From Alphaproteobacteria bacterium (GTDB taxonomy: Bacteria > Pseudomonadota > Alphaproteobacteria > RF32 > CAG-239): 64,000 nucleotides of DNA. The stretch covers positions 51,379-115,378 of the forward strand of contig JAZODJ010000022.1 in assembly GCA_045597005.1 (NCBI GenBank), written 5' to 3'. How positions within the stretch are numbered: position 1 is the stretch's first letter; every line of letters begins with the position of its first letter. Made by a program: the position numbers and the translations under genes. Positions 10,912 through 20,330 of this stretch are shown here, piece by piece. The notes below the pieces were generated by a model. That model searched no databases. It was not told the origin of the DNA and saw only the letters and a list, made by a program, of their open reading frames with translations.

Positions 10912-12135
10912 TTGATGTTTTCACGTAACTTAACCAAAACCTTATTGTCTGCAACAGCTTTCAGCTTGCTTACTGCTTGTGCAATAGTTGATAAAAAAGA
11001 TTCGGCCAAAGAGTCTAATTGGTTTGTTCAAATGTTTGAAAAAGACGGACAAAACTATGCCGATAAAGCAACTATCACATACTCAGCCGGACAATTTGAT
11101 AAAACACTTGAATATACAACCGAAGCTCTCAAAGCCAATCCTCGCAATCAGCAGGCTTTATTGGTTGGAGCATTGGCTGCTGAAAAATTAGGACGTTACA
11201 ATAAAGCTCGCCAATATTACGAAGATTTGATAATCATCAACGGACAAGAACTGTCTATTTTGGGTTCGTCTGACGGACAACCGCAAAAAATATCGGAAAT
11301 AGCCAAGAACAATCTGCGCGCAATCACAATTGCCCAAAGTAATCTCACCATAGAAAATCGTGATGGCACCAAACATTTTGCCATTTCCGAAGATGCCGGA
11401 GAACTTCAAAGCAAAACAACCATCGCAAATGCATTAAACAAGAAAAATATTAAGGCTGTTCGTTCACAACCTATAGGAGTGGATGATATATTCAGCCCTC
11501 AAGAACAAAATATTGTTTCTCGATTCTTAATTTTAAAAGAATTGGCTGAAAAAGATTTTATTACCAAAGATGAATTTTTATCACGACGTTCAGCAAACAT
11601 AGGAGGCTTGTTGCCTTTAACTCGCAAAGCTCCGGGTGTCGGAATTGATCAACCGGTTCCTTCTCCAGACTTAATTATTGAACGCTTGGAAATTTTAAAA
11701 GAAGGAGTTGAAAACAGAGCAATAACTCCTCGAGAATTTTCTGCGGAAAGAGATATCATTATAGAAGCTCTTATGTCTCCGGCTCCTCGCCAACGCATCA
11801 AAAATAAAGCTCCTTCAAAAAATATTCTTGATGCCGCTAACGATTTACGCAGATTGGAAGTTTTATATGATCTTAATTTAATTACCGAAAATGAAAAAAA
11901 TACGGAGAAAAAAGCTGTTGAAAAATATTTGGGTATCAATCAAGCCCCAAAGCAACAAGTGGCTGTTAAACCAACTGAGGCAATCGTAAATTCATCACCC
12001 CAAACAACCACAAATACTTCTCTAGTAAATACCTCATCAGCCCCAACTAAACAAGATCAAACACAAACACAGTCACAAACGTCGTCTCCAGCTCCCGATA
12101 TTGTAGCTTCTCCGGCTGTAAGTAGCCCTTTTTAA
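10912..12135 (+). CDS. Hypothetical lipoprotein with N-terminal TPR-like region
   Basis: Lipobox LLTAC after a signal sequence. TPR-like helices (YDKTLEYTTEALKANPRN, YNKARQYYEDLI). Three short repeats resemble SHOCT-type motifs (ITKDEFLSRR, ITPREFSAERD, ITENEKNTEKK). Q/T/S-rich tail. The track start is TTG at 10912; an ATG follows at 10915. Confidence 0.5.
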   Translation: MMFSRNLTKTLLSATAFSLLTACAIVDKKDSAKESNWFVQMFEKDGQNYADKATITYSAGQFDKTLEYTTEALKANPRNQQALLVGALAAEKLGRYNKARQYYEDLIIINGQELSILGSSDGQPQKISEIAKNNLRAITIAQSNLTIENRDGTKHFAISEDAGELQSKTTIANALNKKNIKAVRSQPIGVDDIFSPQEQNIVSRFLILKELAEKDFITKDEFLSRRSANIGGLLPLTRKAPGVGIDQPVPSPDLIIERLEILKEGVENRAITPREFSAERDIIIEALMSPAPRQRIKNKAPSKNILDAANDLRRLEVLYDLNLITENEKNTEKKAVEKYLGINQAPKQQVAVKPTEAIVNSSPQTTTNTSLVNTSSAPTKQDQTQTQSQTSSPAPDIVASPAVSSPF

Positions 12136-12168
12136 AAAAACAAAAAAAGGCAAAGCCCGAGCAGACTA

Positions 12169-12747
12169 TTAATCTGTCTCGGGCTTCTTTTCAATTAAAA
12201 GATTTCCTATGGTAGCTTCTTTTTGAGGAATAGGATAACGTATAACTATATCTATCTTATAACGACGTTGAATTTTCCTCTCCTCTTTCTCAATCTTCGC
12301 CTCCGTCCATTTCTTATCGGCAGCCTTTCTATGAAGATAGAATATATCTTCTCTAAGCTGTCTGCAAGAATGAATCCCCGGCCAATCCAAAACAGATTGT
12401 TTAGCCTTCCTCACAGAGTTTTCATCACCGGTAATAAGTGGATGATAATTAGGTAATCCTTTTCCTTCATAAAGTAACCTATACGCACAAGTCTCAGGCA
12501 AAAGTTCCGGCTGATCACGTAACAAATTCAAATCAACCTTTGCACAATCAGAACAAATCCTCTTTGCATAACGGGTACACCTTGCTGTTTTCATATCCAT
12601 ACCGTCACAAACTCGGTTAGAAAAACCAATCATCCCCGAATCAAACGATTTAAGAACACAACATTTTCCACATTTCAGACAAATGGCATCCCACTCATCT
12701 GCAGTAAAATCTACCATAGATTTTACTTCCCAAAATTTATTATCCAT
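12169..12747 (-). CDS. YcgN/UPF0260-family cysteine-cluster protein
   Basis: WDAICLKCGKCCVLK ... CDGMDMKTARCTRYAKR ... PETCAYRLLYEGKGLPNYHPLITG is collinear with E. coli YcgN (CDGCGQCCLHK ... [21 protein letters not shown]). Start chosen at ATG 12745-12747; the track extends to 12783. Confidence 0.65.
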   Translation of the reverse strand: MDNKFWEVKSMVDFTADEWDAICLKCGKCCVLKSFDSGMIGFSNRVCDGMDMKTARCTRYAKRICSDCAKVDLNLLRDQPELLPETCAYRLLYEGKGLPNYHPLITGDENSVRKAKQSVLDWPGIHSCRQLREDIFYLHRKAADKKWTEAKIEKEERKIQRRYKIDIVIRYPIPQKEATIGNLLIEKKPETD

Positions 12748-12830
12748 ATCTTCATAATTTAGACTTATACGTCTTAATACCACAGATTCTAGACAAAATC
12801 AACTTTTTTTGTCATTACAAAAAAAGCAAC

Positions 12831-13847
12831 CTATATGGCTGCTTTTTCCTTTTCTTGTCTAGCAATTTCCTGCATCCTAAACAACTTTATCTTATCTAAT
12901 TGTTGTTTTTTGATATATTTTAAATATCCTTCATAAGAAAACAAAACTATCGCAGATATCATTAATGGCAACAAATAATATATAACCCTATATGCCAAAA
13001 GCGCACCAAACAACATTGCTTGATTGTGTTCTCCCGGAATAATATACATAAATAATCCCTCAAATACCCCCAAACCACCGGGAACTTGGCTAAACACCCC
13101 TAAAACTTGAGCGATAATAAACACCCCCATAAAAGTTTCAAAAGGAATATTAACAAATGGAATTAATGAAAAATATAAAACCAATGATGCCATAACAATA
13201 TCAACAGCTCCGATAATCATTTGAGCCAAAGCCATTTTAAAACTAGGCATATCCAATTCAATATCCTTAATTTTAAGAGGTTTCTTATACCAAATGCTAA
13301 GAGCAAAATACCCTAACAAACCGATAACAGAACAAATCGTTACAATTTGAGTTGTAAATTTTGAAACAGATCCTGCTCCAAAAGCATGATTAGGCGTAAT
13401 CAAATAACCTACTATAATCAAAAAGAAACAAGCTATCAAATATGTAAAGCCGGAAAACGTAACCATCTTTACAATCTCTGTTCCTCTAAAACGCCAACGA
13501 GTATAAAGACGATAACGAATAGTTCCTCCGGAAACAATTGCATGTCCGGCATTATTACTTACTGAAAAACCGATAACCCCCGCAAATATCCATTTCCAAG
13601 CGGATAATTTGCGTCCGATATAACGCAATGCCAAATAATCATATGACGATAATGCTACGTATCCTAACAAAGAAGCCCCGCAAGCCAACCATAAATTCGT
13701 TGCCGGAATTGAAAATACTGCATCTTTAATATCACTTAAGCTGTACTTCGAAAGCTGATTATATAACATATACGCGGCAACCGCAAAAAAGAATAATCCT
13801 GCCCAAGATATTGCTTTTTTTAATACCCTTTTTGCCTGAATTGACAT
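12831..13847 (-). CDS. Polytopic membrane protein, UPF0104/lysyl-PG-synthase-TM-like (tentative)
   Basis: About 8 TM helices. The N-terminus (KRVLKKAISWAGLFFFAVAAYMLY) and overall architecture recall the flippase-like UPF0104 family. Start at ATG 13845-13847 with agagg upstream. Confidence 0.4.
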   Translation of the reverse strand: MSIQAKRVLKKAISWAGLFFFAVAAYMLYNQLSKYSLSDIKDAVFSIPATNLWLACGASLLGYVALSSYDYLALRYIGRKLSAWKWIFAGVIGFSVSNNAGHAIVSGGTIRYRLYTRWRFRGTEIVKMVTFSGFTYLIACFFLIIVGYLITPNHAFGAGSVSKFTTQIVTICSVIGLLGYFALSIWYKKPLKIKDIELDMPSFKMALAQMIIGAVDIVMASLVLYFSLIPFVNIPFETFMGVFIIAQVLGVFSQVPGGLGVFEGLFMYIIPGEHNQAMLFGALLAYRVIYYLLPLMISAIVLFSYEGYLKYIKKQQLDKIKLFRMQEIARQEKEKAAI

Positions 13848-13966
13848 TATTTTACCTCTGTTCAACTATTTTGTTAATATTAAATAACATTAAATTTATT
13901 AAAAATAAGTAACATTTTTGTATTGCCAAAAATTTTTATTAGGATTACAAGACATATAAATACTTT

Positions 13967-14040
13967 GCGGGTATAGTTCAATGGTAGAACGTGAGCTTCC
14001 CAAGCTTAGGACACGGGTTCGATCCCCGTTACCCGCTCCA
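13967..14040 (+). tRNA. tRNA-Gly (anticodon CCC)
   Basis: gcgggta ta gttc aatggta gaac g tgagc ttcccaa gctta ggac acggg ttcgatc cccgt tacccgc t cca. Clean cloverleaf, followed by the hairpin aacgcc tgac tggcgtt TTTTT. Confidence 0.9.
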
Positions 14041-14074
14041 TCAAAAAAACGCCTGACTGGCGTTTTTTGTTGTT

Positions 14075-15649
14075 TTATTCTTTTACCTTGGCAAATTTAA
14101 CTTTCGGAAAATCCTCCTGTGCTTTATTTAGATGCCAAGCATTTCGTGCCAAGAATACTAAAGCTCCATCATTATCTTCCGCAATATTTAGACGATTCGC
14201 ATCAACAAATTTATTCAATTCCTTATTATCATCAGCAACAAGCCATCTTGCAGTATAATATTGTGTCGGTTCAAACATTACCGGCAAACCGAATTCATTT
14301 TTAATGCGATCAGCCATTACTTCAAATTGCAACACTCCCACAACACCAACAATCCATTCTGCTCCGACAACGGGCTTAAAAATACTTGCTCCTCCCTCTT
14401 CGGCAATTTGTTTTAACGCATCTCCCAAATGTTTTGATTTAAGGGGATCAAGCGCACGGGCTGATTTCAACAATTCCGGTGCAAAAGAAGGAATTCCTGT
14501 AAAGTTGATTTTTTCCCCTTCAGTTAAAGTATCACCGATTCGCAATTGTCCATGATTTGGAATACCTATAATATCACCGGCATAAGCATCTTCGGCCAAC
14601 TCACGTTCTTGAGCCAAAAACATAACAGGCGTAGGAACTTTGATTCCCTTACCGGTACGCACCTGATTCAACGTCATACCTCTTTTAAAGTGTCCGGAAC
14701 AAATTCGCATAAAAGCTATTCTGTCTCGATGTTTAGGGTCCATATTTGCCTGTATCTTAAACACAAAACCACTGACTTTATTTTCATTCGGTTCCATCAT
14801 TCTTTCAACGGCCGGATGTGACCTGGGTGTCGGCGCAAAAGAATACAATCCGTCCAAAACCTCTTTAACACCAAAGTTATTAATTGCACTACCGAAAAAT
14901 ACCGGCGTTAATGTTCCCGCCAAATATGCCTCCAAATCAAATTTCGGACACAATTCTTGAATCATCATTACATCTTCGCGCAATTTTTCAACCTGATGCG
15001 CCGGCAACAACTCATCCAATTTAGGATCATCCAATCCGCTACAAGTTTCAATAACACTATTAACAACAGACTTGTCCCCTGACTTATTCATCAAAATCAT
15101 TCTATTGTTTAAAATATCATAACACCCCTTAAAATCCTTACCCGAACCGACCGGCCAACTTGCAGGTGTCACATCTAAAGCTAAAGTTCGTTCAATCTCA
15201 TCCAAAAGAGCAAACGGATCTTGTCCTTCTCTATCCATTTTATTGATAAACGTTAAAATAGGTACATCACGAAGACGACAAACCTCAAACAATTTTTTTG
15301 TTTGAGTTTCAATACCTTTTGCCGAATCAAGCACCATAACTGCCGAATCAACAGCTGTCAAAACACGATATGTATCTTCCGAAAAATCTTCGTGTCCCGG
15401 AGTATCCAATAAGTTAAACGTAACATCGTTATATTCAAAAGTCATAACCGAAGAAGCAACAGAGATTCCTCTTTCTTGCTCTACCTTCATCCAGTCAGAA
15501 TGCGCTCTTCTGTTTTCGCCTCTGGCTTTAACAGCACCGGCTTGTTGAATAGCACCTCCGAAAAGCAACAATTTTTCAGTCAATGTCGTTTTACCGGCAT
15601 CAGGGTGCGAGATTATTGCAAAAGTCTTGCGCGGATTTACTTTAGTCAT
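14075..15649 (-). CDS. prfC: Peptide chain release factor 3
   Basis: RTFAIISHPDAGKTTLTEKLLLFGGAIQQAGAVKARG...SDWMKVEQERGISV, DTPGHEDF and NKMDR GTPase motifs. Full-length 524 aa. Confidence 0.9.
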   Translation of the reverse strand: MTKVNPRKTFAIISHPDAGKTTLTEKLLLFGGAIQQAGAVKARGENRRAHSDWMKVEQERGISVASSVMTFEYNDVTFNLLDTPGHEDFSEDTYRVLTAVDSAVMVLDSAKGIETQTKKLFEVCRLRDVPILTFINKMDREGQDPFALLDEIERTLALDVTPASWPVGSGKDFKGCYDILNNRMILMNKSGDKSVVNSVIETCSGLDDPKLDELLPAHQVEKLREDVMMIQELCPKFDLEAYLAGTLTPVFFGSAINNFGVKEVLDGLYSFAPTPRSHPAVERMMEPNENKVSGFVFKIQANMDPKHRDRIAFMRICSGHFKRGMTLNQVRTGKGIKVPTPVMFLAQERELAEDAYAGDIIGIPNHGQLRIGDTLTEGEKINFTGIPSFAPELLKSARALDPLKSKHLGDALKQIAEEGGASIFKPVVGAEWIVGVVGVLQFEVMADRIKNEFGLPVMFEPTQYYTARWLVADDNKELNKFVDANRLNIAEDNDGALVFLARNAWHLNKAQEDFPKVKFAKVKE

Positions 15650-15717
15650 TTTAAATTACCTCTAAAAACATTTGCCTAATCACTATCAATTATCATCTTA
15701 TAAGTCAAGCAAAGAAA

Positions 15718-15745
15718 AACTCCCTGATTTTTATCAGGGAGCTAA
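15718..15745. terminator. Rho-independent terminator downstream of the parvulin gene
   Basis: ctccctgat / tttt / atcagggag is a 9-bp stem with a T-run on the minus strand. Confidence 0.65.
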
Positions 15746-15760
15746 AAAATCAACGCAAAA

Positions 15761-16573
15761 TTAATTTTTAATTTCATTACCTTCCGCATCATATTTTACA
15801 ACTGATGCATTCTTCTGCAAATCTTTAATTATATCGCCCATAGTTTTCTGAGCTAACATTGCTTTTAATTGGTTTTCAATTTTATCCAATGGTTGCGGTT
15901 TAGCATCTCTTATATCTTCAACCAAAATCACATGATAACCGAATTGAGTTTTAACAGGAGTCTTGGTGTATTGACCTTTTTTCAAACTAAATGCTGCATT
16001 AGCAAACTCAGGAACCATCATTTCTTTAGTAAAATATCCCAAATCAGCAGGTTCTTTTGAATATTCTTTAGCCAATTTATCAAAACCGCCTTCTTTTTGA
16101 TATTTAGCAATAACTTCTTTAGCTGTAGCCTCATTTTTCACCAAAATATGCTTAGCTTTAACTTCTTTCTCACCTTTAAAAGTATTTTTATAATCTTCAT
16201 AAAGCTTTTTAACGGCAGCATCATCGACTTTAGCTTTTACTTTCTTTTCCAAATATATTTTTCGAGCTAATTCTTCCTTCAAACCTTTAAGCTGTTGCTT
16301 ATATTCCGGAGTTTCTTCAATATTTTCCTTTGCCGCTGCCTGATAAACTATTTCACCATCAACAAAAATATCCAAAGTCTTTGAATAAAATTCATCAAAT
16401 GATGTCTTTTGTTTAACATTCGGATTTGCTTCATACGCAACCTTAATATCAGCAACATTGATATTTTTTCCATTAACAACTGCTGCAACACCGCCTTTTC
16501 CTGCAGCAAGAACATCGCCACTTTGCAAAACAGCTAATCCCATAACGGCCAAAGCTAAATATTTTTTATTCAT
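15761..16573 (-). CDS. Periplasmic peptidyl-prolyl isomerase, parvulin (PpiC/SurA-like) type
   Basis: Signal peptide MNKKYLALAVMGLAVLQSGDVLA. Parvulin domain VKAKHILVKNEATAKEV...GGFDKLAKEYSKEP...LGYFTKEMMVPEFANAAF...PVKTQFGYHVILVED. Start at ATG 16571-16573 behind aggag. Confidence 0.75.
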   Translation of the reverse strand: MNKKYLALAVMGLAVLQSGDVLAAGKGGVAAVVNGKNINVADIKVAYEANPNVKQKTSFDEFYSKTLDIFVDGEIVYQAAAKENIEETPEYKQQLKGLKEELARKIYLEKKVKAKVDDAAVKKLYEDYKNTFKGEKEVKAKHILVKNEATAKEVIAKYQKEGGFDKLAKEYSKEPADLGYFTKEMMVPEFANAAFSLKKGQYTKTPVKTQFGYHVILVEDIRDAKPQPLDKIENQLKAMLAQKTMGDIIKDLQKNASVVKYDAEGNEIKN

Positions 16574-16757
16574 TTCACTTCTCCTAAAAAACAAAAACTA
16601 TCATTCAAAGGTTATATAATAAATTGATTAAAATTTCCAACTTATTTTTTTATGAGGTTTATAACTTAGTCAACTCTTGACTCTGTACATTTAAAACACT
16701 AAATGTTAGACATTAAACTATTGAATATAAACTTTATAACTCAAGGATAATTGAAAA

Positions 16758-19487
16758 ATGATTGGTAGTCTTGCCCGCAAAATTTTTGGTTCCGCCAACG
16801 ACAGATACATAAAAAGACAATACAAAACCGTTGAAAAAATAAATTCTTTAGAACCCGAAATATCTTCATTAACTGATGAACAATTAAAGGCAAAGACACA
16901 AGAATTTAAAAATCGTTTATCCCAAGGCGAAACTCTTGATGATCTTTTACCCGAAGCTTTTGCCGTGGTCAGAGAAGCAGCCAAACGCACTCTCGGTCAA
17001 CGCCACTACGATGTACAACTCATAGGCGGTATAGTTTTACACCACGGACAAATTGCCGAAATGAAAACAGGTGAAGGAAAAACTCTTGTTGCAACTCTTG
17101 CAGCCTATCTCAATGCTTTGACCGGCAAAGGTGTTCACATCGTAACCGTTAACGACTATCTTGCCAAGCGTGATGCTGAATGGATGGGACAAGTATACCG
17201 TTTCTTAGGTCTTACCGTTGACTATATCATCCATGAAAAAGACGATGAACAACGCAGAATAGCTTATAATTCCGATATTTTATACGGAACTAATAATGAA
17301 CTCGGATTTGATTATCTGCGTGACAACATGAAATTTCGTCGTTCAGATATGGTTCAACGGGAATTTAACTATGCTATCGTAGACGAAGTTGACTCTATTT
17401 TAATCGACGAAGCCAGAACACCTCTTATTATATCCGGTGCTGCAGAAGACAGTTCTGAAAAATACATATTAGTCAATCGCATTATCCCTAATCTTTATGA
17501 AGAAGATTACGAAAAAGATGAAAAAGCACGCCAAGTTACCCTAACCGAAAAAGGTATGGTACACGTTGAAGATTTATTAAAAAAAGTCGGTTTAATTGCC
17601 GAAGGCGGTTTATACGATTTGGCAAATGTAACTTTGGTACATCATGTAAACCAAGCACTTCGCGCTCACAAAATGCACACCAAAGATGTTGACTACATTG
17701 TAAAAGACGGCAAAGTTATGATTATTGACGAATTTACCGGTCGTATGATGGAAGGACGCCGCTATTCAGATGGTCTACACCAAGCTATTGAAGCCAAAGA
17801 AGGTGTTAAAATTCAATCTGAAAATCAAACTCTTGCCTCAATCACTTTTCAAAATTATTTCCGCATATACCCGAAACTTTCGGGTATGACCGGAACAGCA
17901 ATGACTGAAGAAGCGGAATTTAACGATATATACAATCTGTCTTGTGTTGAAATTCCAACTAACAGACCTGTTCAGCGCAATGATTTACATGATGAAATAT
18001 ATCGTACCGAAAAAGAAAAATTTGCAGCAATCGTTAAAACAATTGAAGAGTGCCATGCCAAAGGTCAACCTGTTTTGGTTGGTACCGCTTCAATCGAAAA
18101 ATCAGAATTAGTGGCAGATATGTTGGCAAAACAAACAAACCTTAAGTTTGAAGTTTTGAACGCTCGTCATCACGAAAGAGAAGCATATATCGTTGCACAA
18201 GCGGGTGTTTCCGGTGCGATCACAATTGCCACCAATATGGCCGGACGCGGTACAGATATTCAACTTGGCGGTAATATTGATATGCGTTTAAAAGAAGCAT
18301 TAAAAGGTGATGAATCCGAAGAACAAATTGCAGCTTTACGTGAAAAAATCAAACAAGAAGTTGAAACAGACAAAGAAAAAGTTAAAGCTGCAGGCGGATT
18401 ATACATTCTTGGCACAGAACGCCACGAAAGTCGCCGAATTGACAATCAATTACGTGGTCGTTCCGGTCGTCAGGGAGACCCTGGAACATCAAAATTTTTC
18501 TTATCCCTTGAAGATGATTTAATGCGTATCTTTGGTTCTGAGCGTATGAGTATAATGCTTCAAAGACTGGGTTTACCTGAAGGCGAAGCTCTTATCCATC
18601 CATGGATTAGCAAAGCATTAGAAAAAGCCCAACAAAAAGTAGAAGAACGAAACTTTGATATCCGTAAAAACTTGCTTAAATATGACAACGTAATGAATGA
18701 ACAACGCAAAGTTATATATGAGCAACGCAAAGAATTAATGGAAGCTGAAGAAGTAACCGAAACAGTTACTGATATGTGTCATGACCAAATTCGCAACATT
18801 ATTTATAAGAACATAAATTATGGTTCTGCACCTAAAGATTGGGATATTGAAGTATTAAAACAAGATCTTGGGCGTTTAAGTGGAGTATTATTACCTATAG
18901 AACAATGGATTGATGAACCGGAAATGGATTCGGAAAAACTCATTGATAAAGTAATCGAAATATTGGATACCAACCAACAAGCCAAAAATGCCAATGTTCC
19001 GACGGAGATTGTTCGTTTGGTTGAAAAATCTGTTTTATTGCAAGAACTTGATGCATTATGGAAAGATCATATTGCAACATTAGATTACATGCGTCATACC
19101 ATCGTTTTACGTGCTTATGGCCAAAAAGATCCTCTTAATGAATACAAAAAAGAGGCGTTTAATCTTTTTTCCGAAATGCTAAATCAGCTTGGTGAAAAAG
19201 TTGCTTTCATTTTGATGAGAACTGTTATTCAGCAAAATTCTGCCGAAGATATTGAAGAACGCAACTCTAAACAAGCTAAAATGCAAGCTGTCCATGAAAG
19301 TCCTGTAAATTTGTTATCCGGCAAAAACGACAGCCCGACAAATGAAACAGAAAAACAAACACCTTTTGCATATGGCAAACAAGAAATAGATCCTAAAAAT
19401 CCTAATACATGGGGTAAAGTCGCTCGCAATGACCTATGCCCTTGCGGTAGTGGTAAAAAATACAAGCATTGTCACGGACAAGTATAA
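16758..19487 (+). CDS. secA: Preprotein translocase ATPase SecA
   Basis: 909 aa with [58 protein letters not shown], and the C-terminal zinc finger [14 protein letters not shown]. Confidence 0.95.
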   Translation: MIGSLARKIFGSANDRYIKRQYKTVEKINSLEPEISSLTDEQLKAKTQEFKNRLSQGETLDDLLPEAFAVVREAAKRTLGQRHYDVQLIGGIVLHHGQIAEMKTGEGKTLVATLAAYLNALTGKGVHIVTVNDYLAKRDAEWMGQVYRFLGLTVDYIIHEKDDEQRRIAYNSDILYGTNNELGFDYLRDNMKFRRSDMVQREFNYAIVDEVDSILIDEARTPLIISGAAEDSSEKYILVNRIIPNLYEEDYEKDEKARQVTLTEKGMVHVEDLLKKVGLIAEGGLYDLANVTLVHHVNQALRAHKMHTKDVDYIVKDGKVMIIDEFTGRMMEGRRYSDGLHQAIEAKEGVKIQSENQTLASITFQNYFRIYPKLSGMTGTAMTEEAEFNDIYNLSCVEIPTNRPVQRNDLHDEIYRTEKEKFAAIVKTIEECHAKGQPVLVGTASIEKSELVADMLAKQTNLKFEVLNARHHEREAYIVAQAGVSGAITIATNMAGRGTDIQLGGNIDMRLKEALKGDESEEQIAALREKIKQEVETDKEKVKAAGGLYILGTERHESRRIDNQLRGRSGRQGDPGTSKFFLSLEDDLMRIFGSERMSIMLQRLGLPEGEALIHPWISKALEKAQQKVEERNFDIRKNLLKYDNVMNEQRKVIYEQRKELMEAEEVTETVTDMCHDQIRNIIYKNINYGSAPKDWDIEVLKQDLGRLSGVLLPIEQWIDEPEMDSEKLIDKVIEILDTNQQAKNANVPTEIVRLVEKSVLLQELDALWKDHIATLDYMRHTIVLRAYGQKDPLNEYKKEAFNLFSEMLNQLGEKVAFILMRTVIQQNSAEDIEERNSKQAKMQAVHESPVNLLSGKNDSPTNETEKQTPFAYGKQEIDPKNPNTWGKVARNDLCPCGSGKKYKHCHGQV

Positions 19488-19613
19488 CCGCAAAAATCAT
19501 TCCTTGCCTGGCTTTTTGCATCAGTGTGTCAAGGAAACTCATCTTTGCGAAGCATTAGTTATAAAAAAAGCATCTCGTCACTACGAAATGCTTTTTTTAC
19601 ATTCATCAGAAAA

Positions 19614-19946
19614 TTAATATCTTGCAGCTGCTTTCAAAGCTTTCAACTGTTCGGTTAACTTTTCGATACTTGCTTTAGCATTAGCAATTGCTTTCATTGT
19701 ACCTTCTGAATCAGCACTATCAGAAGATTGCCATTTAGCAATTTTTTCTTTCAATTTAGCAATTTTTTCTTCAATTTTATTTTGAGCTTCTTCATTTTTA
19801 GCATCATTTTTAGCCTGAGCTTCCTCAATTTTTGCACTTGCTTTATCAGCGGCAGATTGAACTTTGTTTGCCATTGATGCCAAATCAAAAGCACTAGCAT
19901 TAGAAGCAATCAATGTAACAGCTAAAAGAGCAATAAGTTTTTTCAT
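19614..19946 (-). CDS. Small secreted alpha-helical protein (hypothetical)
   Basis: Signal peptide MKKLIALLAVTLIASNASA, then an A/K/E-rich coiled coil. gaggag SD upstream. Confidence 0.45.
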   Translation of the reverse strand: MKKLIALLAVTLIASNASAFDLASMANKVQSAADKASAKIEEAQAKNDAKNEEAQNKIEEKIAKLKEKIAKWQSSDSADSEGTMKAIANAKASIEKLTEQLKALKAAARY

Positions 19947-20067
19947 TATCCTATCTCCTCAAAAACAATTAACACGAAGCAACTATAAAACTTGCCGCCA
20001 TTCGCCGCAAGCTCAAATATCTTTTTGCACAAAAAAAGCACGTCCCTTTTTTAAGGGGCGCGCTTAA

Positions 20068-20145
20068 TTAAGCAATAAAAATTACAATAAGTCCTGAATA
20101 GAGAAATTGAAAAAACAATAAAATCAACGACACCATAACCAACAC
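20068..20145 (-). CDS. Candidate 25-aa hydrophobic micro-protein
   Basis: Minus strand reads taAGGAGGtaaaaa GTG TTG GTT ATG GTG TCG ... GCT TAA, giving (M)LVMVSLILLFFQFLYSGLIVIFIA. This is the strongest SD seen in the window. It is followed by a GC-rich hairpin (gcgcgcccc..gggacgtgc) and a T7 run at 20035-20066. It is below the ORF-track length cutoff. Confidence 0.3.
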   Translation of the reverse strand: MLVMVSLILLFFQFLYSGLIVIFIA

Positions 20146-20330
20146 TTTTTACCTCCTTAGCAATAAAAAATCTCTCAAAAACCTAATTTTTTAGTGGATT
20201 TTTAATATCCCAAATGCTATAAGAACTACAGAATTTAATTCTGTTTTGTAACGGCCGGCAGATTAGGCATAAAATCGTCTAATTTAAGGGCCTTTTTTTA
20301 TTTTGTTAACGTTAACTTTAAGGATGAAAT

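Noticed and set aside
20146-20330. Riboswitch or structured leader upstream of the PFOR gene
   Set aside because: The ~185-nt region is AT-rich, with only short hairpins (e.g. cagaatttaattctg). Nothing resembles a known riboswitch core that I can recognise, so it is left unannotated.
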